A DNA stretch of 59,313 nt, counting the filler, from Squatina squatina (lineage: Eukaryota): assembly GCA_031763465.1 (NCBI GenBank). It is 3 parts of 3 records of this genome, joined end to end, with 100 filler letters (N's around TTAATTAATTAA, not from the genome) between each part and the next. Parts side by side here need not be neighbours in the genome. Positions count along the whole stretch, not along the records: positions 24,095 to 43,494 come from JARFOE010000192.1; positions 43,595 to 59,313 come from JARFOE010000168.1; 1 more part is not named here. One strand, 5' to 3'. Position 1 is the stretch's first letter. The number at the start of each line of letters is the position of its first letter. A program made the translations under genes and the position numbers. Below, piece by piece: positions 37,710-49,700 of the stretch. The notes beneath the pieces are model-generated. The model was not told the DNA's origin, searched no databases, and worked only from the letters and a program-made list of their open reading frames with translations.

Positions 37710-38956
37710 ACATGCCAGCCACCTCCAATGCCTCTCCTCTANNNNNNNNNNNNNNNNNNNNNNNNNNNNNNNNNNNNNNNNNNNNNNNNNNNNNNNNNNN
37801 NNNNNNNNNNNNNNNNNNNNNNNNNNNNNNNNNNNNNNNNNNNNNNNNNNNNNNNNNNNNNNNNNNNNNNNNNNNNNNNNNNNNNNNNNNNNNNNNNNNN
37901 NNNNNNNNNNNNNNNNNNNNNNNNNNNNNNNNNNNNNNNNNNNNNNNNNNNNNNNNNNNNNNNNNNNNNNNNNNNNNNNNNNNNNNNNNNNNNNNNNNNN
38001 NNNNCTGTCAGATGGACTCTGCCCTCTTCTCCTTTAGTCTGCTCTGATCTCCTTGAAGGAGGCCTGTTCCTACAGTCTTGTATGATTTCCGTTACTCAGC
38101 ACTGTTTTCCTATTGTATCATCTGATTCCCTTCACTTTGGTGCCAACTCCTTCAGTCTGGCATTATTTCCTCAAATCTACATTGATCTCCTTGAGTCTAA
38201 AGTCATTTACTGCACTGTGAAGTCAGGGGCTGGACTGTTGCATGCGCTCCTCGCCTCTGCAGACAGAAGATCGCCTCTGTACTTTGCGCCTTAAGTGCCA
38301 ATATAGCGCCTCCAGAACACGCCTCTCCAAAAAACTTTTTAAAAAAAAACGAATTTCGCAAAGTTATAGAGCCTCCGCAGTTAGGCGTGATTAAGGCGCT
38401 AAAAATTTTTGCAAGCCTTTACAGAGACGCCACCAAATTTCACCTCCTAATCTGCTAACTCTTCTATTGGCTGCTGTAAAGATGGTTACGGCTATGGAAG
38501 GAGTGTTCATGTCGCAGCCTGTCAGCTTGTGAATCCTTCCACAACTTCACACTATTCTCCAAGGGAAGAGTGTGAAGATATGACAACAATAACACATGGC
38601 AGCTACTTTTGGCTTAACTTGAACACATTGGCTACTATTTATATCGGTAGTGATGACCACTAAAATGGTTGCAAAGTAGAGCCTTGTCAGATCTTTTAAT
38701 TAAACAGCTGGCACTCCTTCCCTATTCCATGTCTTTAGATGTGTGAATATCCTGTTGAATCAGTGCTGCTTGTTTGGATTGGTTTTGTTTTATTTAACTC
38801 ATTCAGTTCTGGGAACCCAAGATCATAGTACAGTGTAAAAGTTAATTCTTCTATTGCACAGTATCACCTGACTTCATCTGAACACATTTAAAACTTAGTG
38901 CTCCTTCTCCATATTGGCTGGTTTGATGGAAAATGTAATTTTATCTTGGAAGCAAT

Positions 38957-39871
38957 GGGTCAGATTTTTCTGTCAAAGTAAAGGTGAGGCTAATGGCACT
39001 CGCTGTTACTTATGTGCAAATGGTACAGCAACTTCAGGCGAGGACAGATGCACGGTTAAATATGGAAATCCAAAAGTTGCTCTCTGAGTTGCGCTGCTTT
39101 GCCATTAGCTTTGAGAACCCGACATCTCACTGGCTCACCACTGAAATGCATTGAATGGCGTGAAGTTGCTGTATTTGCGTGTAGACACAAACTAAACACT
39201 CCACAGAATGTTAAATCTTGCTCATTCCAGTCTAAGCACCCTTTTAACAACGTGATAAGCAATGTTCCCTTTAAGGGGTTGTGCGGCCCATTCAAAATAC
39301 CATGCATGCACAGTTTTTCCCATTTAAAAGCCGGTGAGCTGGCTCTGTGCGGAAGCTGCAGAGCACTGCACAACCTCGCAGCTTAAAGGGAGCACTGGTG
39401 ATGAGTGTTAATTACTGCCAGCCAACCTCTGGCACTGAGGAAAAAAAACAAGTGTGGAGTCTTGTTCCTTCAGGTTTTAATTGTTGTTTGAGATTTAAAA
39501 AATGTAAAATATAATTTTTTTTTACTTTTCCTTTCAGTCTCTTTTTTTCTTAATCCAATCTTTCTTTCCCTCTCTTCATTTCTCTTTCTGTACCTGACTT
39601 GACATTGAATTCACCCACTCTAATTTACTCTTCCTTATGTCAGTGTGCTGTTAATTTCACAATCCTTCAATCTGATTGGTTAAGGAGCTAGACAATGGTT
39701 TGCCCTGTTCACACAGGTCCCAGTTGCCCAGTTTTCCTCCTCGCTGTGATATTATCAGCTCACGCTTTCAGCAACTTGCCACGCAAAAAATTAAAAAACC
39801 TAAATGCGCACGGGCAAGTCTAACTAACAGCAGATACCATTAGATGCCCTGCTGTAGCAAATCATAGGCCA
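38957..39871. mobile_element. Probable ~0.9-kb non-autonomous TIR element of a different family
   Basis: Ends gggtcagatttttct and agcaaatcataggcc are weak inverted repeats. Internal inverted pair aatgttccctttaag (about 39261) / cttaaagggagcact (about 39382); no ORF. Confidence 0.4.
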
Positions 39872-41798
39872 ATGAAAATCAGAATATTTTAACTTACATC
39901 ATGAGAAATGTGCTAAAGCTGTGAGAGAGAAAAGAAAACGATACTTGGTATACTTGTGAAATCTGGAATGAGGTGGGTTAAAAGACAATCCTATTAGTGT
40001 TGTTAATCGGTGCTCTAATCCAACCCATGCAGACTCTTGTGACTTATATTTTCAAAGTGTTGATAATTTAATCACGCCCCCAAAACTTGTGATAAACGGT
40101 AGCTCTGTCAGTGAGCTATCACCATGAACTATCGCTACGCCAATGAAAATTCAGCATAGTGATAAATGTTTACTATTAATTAATTAATAATACAAGGTAG
40201 CCAATAAGTGAGAGGAAAATTGCACTGACTTTAGCAAGTTGGTTATTACCAAGGCTGGGCAATTCCTCAGAGAAGCTACTGCTCTGCCAAGGTTACTTCA
40301 AAGCAATTCGGGCGAAGCAACGCTGGCAGAGTGAGAGCAGCCGAGTGGACTTTCCCAGCCCAAGTTTTTAATGCTACTATAGTCTACAGATTGATGTTGG
40401 TGATTACCTGTCTAGCATTTTAATGGCAGCCCTAACCCTTTTTAAAATAAATGNNNNNNNNNNCCGTTAAACTAGAAGGCAGGAGGAGTGCATTAAGCGT
40501 TTCTCTGCTAACATCGCTCAAGGAACGTTTGAGCTCATTTTTAATCACTGCTTAGCAGAAGAATGTAGCCAGTTTTGCAAACCGTTTTGCACAATATTCC
40601 TTGCCGCAGCAGCCTCCACTATAGCAGGATGAATGGGATAGGCAAACAAGGAGAAAGAAAATGCTCAGGAGACGATAGTCAAGTGAAAGGCTGCATAGAC
40701 TGAGGTAGGATTACTTCACACCATCTGAGTGGTCATTTCTAAAAACCTTTAGACCAACCTAGGGGGTCAGTATTCGAGACATTAAAATGCCAGCTCCATA
40801 AAATGGAGGTATAAAACAAGCTGGTGTTTAGGTGCGTCTGAGACAGCTACAGGGCCTATCCAGCTGCTTGGCAGAGATTAGAGTGGCATTGATCAGTGAC
40901 CTGTGTATGTCCAGATAAATTCAGTGAATGATATAGGTTACTGGAGAAGAAGCAGCTTCTAACATTTCTCTCAAAGCGCAGAGAACAGTTGGCAACACGG
41001 ATGAGCAACATCGAGTAGTATGGGCTGCTCACACTCTAATGGCATAACAACAGAGTCTGTATTCAAATAAGTAATTCATTGGCTGTGAAGCACTTTGGAA
41101 TGCTCGGAGGATGTGAAAGGTGCTATATAAATGCAAGTGGTTTCTTAGTGAAGTGAGCCCCTCTATGCTGCTGAACATTGTCCTTATAAGGTAATATTAA
41201 CACAATGGGGGACATTTTCAACTACCAGCCTTTTGCTTCTCATCTGGAAGATGGGTGACCGGCTGTTGAAAATCAGGTGGGGACCTTGCACAACCAATTG
41301 CCGGCCTGAATCAACGTTCAGGCAGGTCTTTAAGTAGATACCTAGCACTCCTGGCCAAAACAAATGGGAGGCTGTTTAAATATTCAAATCGGGGTCCTAC
41401 ACCCGCTGTAGGACCCCGATTGCAACTTTCAAGGAGAAAGCACGTGTGGCACATGCCAGTCCCGCTTTCTCCGTCATCTGGAGGCCTAACTGACAGACCT
41501 TAAAGGGACTGCTGGAAGCTTTTCCCAAAGAGTAAGGTTTTTTTTTAAAAGAGGGTTTGTGGGACCAGGAAGAATTGGAATAGGAATGCTCCTCAGGTCT
41601 CCACAAAAACTTTCTGGCTTGCTGCTGGGCTGTTCTCACTCCTCCACCACCACCTCCCCCCCACACCCCCAGTATCCATTCCCCACAACAGGTCTTACCT
41701 ACCTGCCAGCAATAGCTGGGCGAATTTACTCCTGAAGATACTGGTGAGCTTCAGCGGAGTGAGCACCCTTTTTTGCATTTGCAGCTGAACTAAACAAT

Positions 41799-42087
41799 GG
41801 GCCTGAAATTGCGATCAGAGGCTTCCTGCGTGCGGGCGCCTCCGATTGCAATTTCCCTTACGTACTTACCTAAGGGTCCTGGATCCACGTGACCTTGCGA
41901 TCTTCAGCCCCCACCGAGTTGGAGATTCAGAGCGGGACTCTCTAGTTTCCTGGGCAAGTCGAACGAAGAGGCTGGAGATGTCACATGAGAGGCCCCAGCC
42001 AATCAGATCGGTATCTTTCATTGAACTTTTGACAGTTCTCAGCGATCTGTCAAGAACTGTCAAAACTTCAATAAAAGATGAAAAACA
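41799..42087. mobile_element. 5' part of a related MITE-like element (a matching right end GATCGCAATTTCAGGGCC lies at 34017-34034)
   Basis: Starts GGGCCTGAAATTGCGATCAGAGGCTTCCTGC versus GGCTGAATTTGCGATCGGAGGCTTCCTGC at 26613. Shares the internal GAGGCCCCARCCAATCAG motif; truncated by a gap. Confidence 0.7.
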
Positions 42088-42187
42088 NNNNNNNNNNNNN
42101 NNNNNNNNNNNNNNNNNNNNNNNNNNNNNNNNNNNNNNNNNNNNNNNNNNNNNNNNNNNNNNNNNNNNNNNNNNNNNNNNNNNNNNN

Positions 42188-42335
42188 AATAAGATCTCCT
42201 CTCATTCTTCTAAATTCCAATGAGTAGAGTCCCAACCTGTTCAACCTTTCCTCATAGGACAATCGCTCCATACCCGGAATCATTCTAGTAAACCTACTCT
42301 GAATCGCCTCCAATGCATTTATGTCCTTCCCTACT
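42188..42335 (-). mobile_element. CR1 LINE ORF2 3' fragment
   Basis: KDINALEAIQSRFTRMIPGMERLSYEERLNRLGLYSLEFRRMRGDLI. Confidence 0.9.
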
Positions 42336-43494
42336 TCTTCAAAACTAATCATGATAGTTACACGATTTATTTTCCATCACAGGCAAGCCACAGAATCAAT
42401 TCCATTACGTTATCAGGAGCTAGCTGACATCAAAATTAAAAGTAATTTTCAACATTAATCTGAATTCTTTTTGTAATGTTTATCTTTCAGCTCTTGTAAA
42501 GAGCAATGAAGAAATGTGGTTCCAGCCAGAAAAGCTCTTAAGGGACTGGAATCCTTTTTCTGGTGTGTATAACACACAATATACATATCTAACCTTGTCC
42601 ATACTCTATTGAGTACAAGTGAATGAAGAATAGCTTTCCACATACAAGTAGGCTCTTCAGGTGGGGAGGATGCATAATCTCTCAAACTAAAGTCTGCCAG
42701 CATAGGGGACTTATTCAACTACCGTTGGCACTCGAGTACAAGACATCCAAGTAGAAGAAATTGCAATAGTCCTTCTGATGCTATGTTAACCAAACAAGAT
42801 ATGGCTTTGGACTGGCTGGAACTGGCTGCTGCCTGGCCTATGAGTAACGACTTGTGTAGTAGAAGCTCTCCGTGCAGGTTTTTTTAAGGTGCTAGATATT
42901 TGTCATGGAATCCGTCAGAGCTGCCTTTTGGTGCTTTGTTTGCCCAGAAATGTTTTCCTTCAACTCTAAGCAACTTGGTGTCATATGAAGCATCCAATTT
43001 TAAAGTGAAGACTGGATATTGAATAGAACCGCTTGGGATAGTGTTCTTGCCAGGATAATGAATAGAACCACTCGAGATTCTTTCTTGTTTGATTTCATAA
43101 TCCTCTGGGTTCACCACCCTATTATTGAGGGTTCAAGTCGCATCTGGGAGGCAGAAGATATTTTGTATAATTTCTCTTAATTGCTTAAGATCTAGTACTA
43201 TTTAACTTCGGTTTGGCAAATTGAGCTTGGGTAAAGCAAATAGTTTTAAAATCATGTCCTTGTGGGACCTGTCAATTTGCAACCCAAACAAATGAAATGA
43301 ACGGTCTTTTCTCTGATTATGTAAGAATCCTGAATTAAACTACTTTGGACAATAAACTCCATTTCAAGAAGGCATGAATTGCCGCCACAAAATTCCTCAT
43401 CATTCAGCACTAATTGGCAATTTTGTTAAGCAACCATAGTGCTGGCTGTTATGAGAAATGCAAGTGTCATATTGCTGCAGTAGGAGGCTGCTGT

Positions 43495-43594
43495 NNNNNN
43501 NNNNNNNNNNNNNNNNNNNNNNNNNNNNNNNNNNNNNNTTAATTAATTAANNNNNNNNNNNNNNNNNNNNNNNNNNNNNNNNNNNNNNNNNNNN
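43495..43594. other. Artificial assembly linker N44-TTAATTAATTAA-N44
   Basis: Same structure as 23995-24094. Confidence 0.92.
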
Positions 43595-46231
43595 CCCGCC
43601 GCCCCCCAACCTCCAACCCTTCTGATCTCGCAAACCCTCCCCGTCTCTCTATTAACATCAGGGCCCAGACACCATTTGAGGGTTATTATATTCAGTACAT
43701 TGCCACTCGCCATTATTTAGGATTTATGAAATAATGATCCAAACATTTAATAAATGCAAAGAAATGCTTGGGCAAAAGTATATTTAAAAAGAAACAAAAT
43801 GCCTCTGTCAGGAATGGCTTTGTGTAGTCTATGAAGATAGTAATTAAGTTAGAAAAAGGTTTGGTCTCCTCCTGGTTGCCTACAATTGACTGCTGTTTGG
43901 AAACAAGTCGCAGTTCTAAGGATGATTTGTATTCAGCAGGCTAACCGATTAAAACATTTGGCACCACAGCAGTCAGTCTGTCATATCCCTGAAGAGTGAC
44001 GTTTATTCTCACTATAGTGCGGCACTGTGTCCATTTCCAAATGGTGTGGCCCGTTAGCCAAGTTTTGCACTTCTGATGAAAGAAGCCCATTTAGTGCTGC
44101 TGCCAATCTTGACAGACTTTACTCGTGTGGCTTCTCTGTGAGGCGCGATGCCGACAAAGCCCAATTCTTGTAGCAGCTCATTGCCTATGGTTAATCTGCT
44201 ACAGTGACTGTAAAGTGACAAGGTGAAAGGTGCTCACAACACCACGACTTATAAAACTGCTCCTGTCACTTATATCAAGTTCATGCAATCAAAATATTGG
44301 ACACTAGTCTTGGAGCACTGGGAATTCGGACTCAATGCACTGAACTGATAGCATCCTGTTCACAGGGAGTCACAGGTTACAATTTACAGAATTTCTAAGT
44401 ATGCCATCTACATTTTTTAAAAGTCCGTAAAATAAAACTAACCGATAANNNNNNNNNNNNNNNNNNNNNNNNNNNNNNNNNNNNNNNNNNNNNNNNNNNN
44501 NNNNNNNNNNNNNNNNNNNNNNNNNNNNNNNNNNNNNNNNNNNNNNNNAATACTTGAAGGGGAAAAAATTGCAGGGCTATGGGGAAAGGACAGGAGAGTG
44601 GGACTAATTAGATAGCTCTTTAAAGAGGATAGCATTTCACATCAACAACTGTTATTAGATGTAGGCAAAATATCACCAAAATGGTCCACAGGCACGATAT
44701 CCGAATGGCCTCCTGTGCTACATGATTCCAAGTATTTGATTGTACTAATGAGGTTTGTCGTGAGTAATGAGTAGGAGATTAAAGGACACATTCACAGGAG
44801 TGACACCAAAGAGCCATGTCTAAATTTCTATAGCTTGTACTATCCACTCACTAAATACAACATAAAATCATATTTTCATCTAAAAAAGTCAAAGTTCTTT
44901 GTTGTTTTGAAAAGTAAAAAAACAATCAACAATTTGCTGAACAGTATTTCTCCTGAAATAATATTTTTCAGGCTCTACTAAAGGGTACAGGTTTCAAATC
45001 TTCACAATATACATCTTAATGCATTTTACAGTAAATCACCTAAGCTGCTTTAAAGTTTAATATGGCTTACTCTGGATTAGACCAGAAGTTAAGAAGATTT
45101 GCCTTCTAATACTTACCAGTATGAAAGATATTCCAGCCTTATGCCTTCATGGATGGCAATTTGCAGTTTTGTCTCTGCTCGAACCAAAGGAAACAGCATG
45201 ATGTGTTGCCTTGGTTTTACAGNNNNNNNNNNNNNNNNNNNNNNNNNNNNNNNNNNNNNNNNNNNNNNNNNNNNNNNNNNNNNNNNNNNNNNNNNNNNNN
45301 NNNNNNNNNNNNNNNNNNNNNNGCAGGGCAAAAGAAGTATTAGTAAGAAAAACATGAGGTCCATATTAGGGGATGCATTTTACTAATCTGCTACGTGGAA
45401 TTTGAATTATTTTGGGGACTTGTCATTGCTTTGCTCAATGTGTTTGTGGGGAATCTTGATATGGCGAGTGAAATTTATACTGTAGTGCGGGATATTGATT
45501 ATTCTGTCTGTACTATTCAACTGAAAGGTGATAATTAGAGGCTGACACTGCAGTTGTCCTTCCTGCACAGCTGCTCCTTTGCTGGTGTTTTCAGTACATC
45601 GCTGCCTTGTTCAGCAGCTCTGGTTTCATGCTGTTCTTCACCTTCCAGGAAGAGGCCTCCATCTATGGTAAAATACAGCAGACTAGTTCAATTTGTGATA
45701 TCTTTTTTTTTGACCCATTCTCCACAGCACATCCTGAGTGGACTAAACATGTGAAGCATTGCTTCAGTATCCCAAATGTCTGCACGGGTATAATGTTGCA
45801 GTTGAACTCTACGAAGTTGTGCATCGGTAACCACGTCTGCGGTGTGTAGCCGAGTTCCCCCCAGAAGCACCTTTCAAGGTTACTTTCACCTTCGAACTAT
45901 TAGAGAACGGATGGTTACTGTGGTATGTGTAAATTATGCAAACTCCCCAGGAATCGTACATTAACATACATGACCTTCTGTCTGGGGTGACATACTACCT
46001 GAAGCTCATAGAATAGAACCCCTTCCCATTCAAAGAGGTGAAACCAGTTAATACTTCCATTAAAAGCAGACAGAGGAATATCACACCATCACCGATATCA
46101 CACGGCACAATTTCACCCCAATTGTTACCAGTAATATCACATAACCAGCAATAGCAGTGAATAAACTTTACCAAAGTTCCTTTTGAAAATATAAATAATT
46201 TCATCAGTGCTTAATCTGTGGTAGTAATGAA

Positions 46232-46712
46232 TAACAACAACAAAAACGTGCATTTATATAGCACCTTTAATGTAGCAAAACGTTCCAAGCCTTTAACAAG
46301 TGCGATGTCAATGAAAACCTTTTGATGTTGAGCCACAGAAGGAGATATCAGGACAGATGACCAAAAGCTTGGTCAAAGAGATAGCTTTTAAGGAACCTCT
46401 TAAAGGAGGAAAGAGAGATAGAGAGGAAGAGAAGTTTAGGGAGGGTATTCCAAAGCTTAGGACCAAGGCTGAAAGCACGGCCGCCAATGTTGGAGTGATT
46501 AAAATCGGGGATGTGTAAAAGGCCAGGATTGAAGGAGTGCAGAGATCTCAGAAGCTTGGAGGGCTGGAGGCAGTTATAGAGATAGGGAGGGGTGATGCTA
46601 TGGAGGGATTTGAAAATAAGGATGAGGATTTAAAAACTGAGGCATTGTCAGACTGTGAGCCAATGTAGGTCAGTGAGCACAGGGGTGACGGCTGAATGGG
46701 ACTTGGAGCAAG
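46232..46712 (-). mobile_element. L2-clade LINE 3' end
   Basis: Minus strand encodes TPVLTDLHWL...FKSLH...GGRAFS...LWNTLP...LFDQAF-like L2 C-terminal motifs. It ends in aaaggtgctatataaatgcacgtt(ttg)n. Confidence 0.85.
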
Positions 46713-49700
46713 TTAAGATACAAGTGAGCTTCTATAGTTACTGGACATAAATTCAATACAACACCATCCATCCGCATTTGCAAAGAGTGCTTAGGAGCGC
46801 ATGCAATGAGGAGAAAGATGATAGCTTTACAATTTTGCTTATCTCTTTTTAATGGCAAATAATACTGATGNNNNNNNNNNNNNNNNNNNNNNNNNNNNNN
46901 NNNNNNNNNNNNNNNNNNNNNNNNNNNNNNNNNNNNNNNNNNNNNNNNNNNNNNNNNNNNNNNNNNNNNNTCCCCATGAAGCTACTCCCTTTCCCAAGTG
47001 AACCAGAGACTGTCGCTTTACATATACCAGGAAGGGAGGACCTGGAGCTGTTTAGTGATGGAAATATTTGCCGGTCCATTTGTTTTTAACTGGAGAAAAT
47101 CTTGAATGCTTGAAAAGGGTAAATGAATCCTTTGTTTCTCGAAGTCTTATATTCATTGTGGTTTCGGTATTGTTTGCTGTCTTTGTTCAAAAAAAAAGTA
47201 ATTCATTGGTTATGAAATGCTTCTGGAAACTCTTTGTTGCCAGTAATTTAATTGTAAGTAAATTTGATTTATTTTTACTCTGTACAGAGTAGCATGGGAC
47301 ATTCCATTTTTTGAGAGACTGAAGACATAATAGGAATTGTTTGTAAATTCCAGGAGGCAAATGATGGCAAATAGGGTTAATTGTTAGATTAAGGGCTATA
47401 TTAATTCTGCAATACAGAATGCAAAAGATGAAAATTGCAGTTTCTATGGGATATGGCCACTCAGAGAAACTTGATGGAGAAAACAGCTCGAACTGAAGCG
47501 GGGGGAGGCGGGGAGCGCAAAGAAATTGGGTTTCGTTAGTTCTCACACTGAGGCTGTAAGCTTTACTCATTAAATATAAACCAATTTCTTTGGCTGGAAA
47601 GAACTAATACAATCCTTCAAACACCAAGAGCTTACATTGTCATTTCATAAAAATGATCCCTTAAGTACATATATCTACAGGGTCAGCATCTATGAGCCTG
47701 TGCAGATAGAAATTTAGAAGATGATTTGTCATACAGGACAATGACTGCTTACTACATTGATTTTTCTCAACCCTTGATGTTGGCAAGAAGAAAAATGACC
47801 CAGTCTATATCATTTTTCACTTACAACCTTTGGCTTCTCAACTCTCTCCATCTTGTCACATGAAATTAATTCAATGCTCTCATCAGGCAGGACAATGCAG
47901 TACAAAAGAAGTCACTGGAGAGGGTCTGCAGCGATTCAGCTGCTTTATTAGGTTTATTGATCTGTATTGTACTATCTCAAGGTCTTGAATAAACCTTTAC
48001 CTTCCCAGATGACATTAGAAAGCATAAACATTGGAATGCCTTGTAATAGCCTAAAAAGCGAATCATTGTAAANNNNNNNNNNNNNNNNNNNNNNNNNNNN
48101 NNNNNNNNNNNNNNNNNNNNNNNNNNNNNNNNNNNNNNNNNNNNNNNNNNNNNNNNNNNNNNNNNNNNNNNNCCGTACGCAGCAATGATGTCATTGTCGG
48201 TTGCGTGGCGGCCTGGGACGTTGTTAGCGTGGCACGGCGCTACTGTGTCAGCGCCTCCGCTAACTCCCATGCAATTTTGTGGGAGCCAGTATTGCCCCTC
48301 CCCCCGGATGTAAACAGATTAGCACCCCCCAGAGGCGTTAATAGGAGGCGCACAACAAAGGAATTTTAGCATCTGAGTATTTGCAGGCAACTTGTATTTT
48401 CTCTTGTTCGCACTGCAACTGCTTTCAGAAATAAATCTGCACCCCTCTTCACCACCCCTCCTGAAGAAGTATTCTTGATCAAGGCACTCAGAGCTGGAGA
48501 CATAGCCAGAGCTGAATAATTATTAGGAGCGAGCTATCTTTGGCATGGCCTTTGCTGATGTAACCCCAAAGTATTGGAATGATTACAGGGACATGATGCA
48601 GCAGGAACAATGACAAAACAATACAGATGCAGATGCAATTTGAATATAATCTAAACATTCAATAGTGCAGGAAAGGTGCATGCATTTTTCAGCTCCCTTC
48701 ATTCAGCACCAGACACTGCCCAGCGTCGAGGTTATAAGAGCAGGTTAGCCATCTGTACTGTTATTTTTTTTTAAAAGGAACATTAGAATCGAAAACTTGC
48801 CTCTGTTGTCTCAACCTTTTGCCTCCTGGTTCAAGGATGTCACCACAGGCAACTCATCAGAGAGCGGACTGAAATAAAGGAAGGCCACTAGAAGATGAAT
48901 CAGGTCAGGATGTGGGAATGCAGAGGAATCTGATCGTGTCTCCATGGCCCAGATAATGTGACCCTGCAGCAGAACTGACAGTCACCTGGGATTTCTGCAC
49001 ATTAATAATCTGGCCTGTGATACAGTGCATTTTACTATAGTGGAGTGTCTTAAGATCGGGCTGGCACTTTTGTCCCAGATACTTGGTCCAGAAAAACACA
49101 TCTGAAAGAATAGCCTGTGGCGAAAGCACTGATTAGCTGGCAAAGAATGTATAAATGTAAAAGCGAGGGCTCCACAGGGAACTTCCTCAAAGCAACTACA
49201 AGGGTTTGATTTATGTTTGCAGAGAGAATGTAAGTGTATTACTTAATCATATTTATTACACTGCTTAAATACTCTATTTAACATTCACCCCAGATAAGTT
49301 AAACTTCATATTAATAGATCCATCAACTTTAGGAAACAAAAATATCGGTATCTCATAGTCCATAAGCTAAACTCAGAATGGTCTGTGATGTGAGCACTTA
49401 TTTTATTAATCTGCATCCTGTATAAACCCAAAATTTCACCAGTAAATTAAGAAAGAATTCATTTAGTCAAATTTCCCTCCTGGCTGAAATCAATGCACTG
49501 GACTCCCTGAAAAAGCAATCTTCTTTGTGAAATAAATCCACTAATTACAAACATATTAGCAAGTCCCGTGGTATCACGTTTAATGAATTTTGGCCCAATT
49601 ATAGTTAGCTGCACAGCTGCAGTTACCTGGCAATAAAATCCACCACATGTGGCTCCACCACATGGGCAACAGTCAGAGACTGGGGTAATACCCTAGAGAG

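Noticed and set aside
42455-43117. Two minus-strand ORFs (87 and 77 aa), one with a 39-bp imperfect duplication (SGSIHYP/SGSIQYP)
   Set aside because: No recognisable protein family or splice structure; the lengths are within chance expectation.
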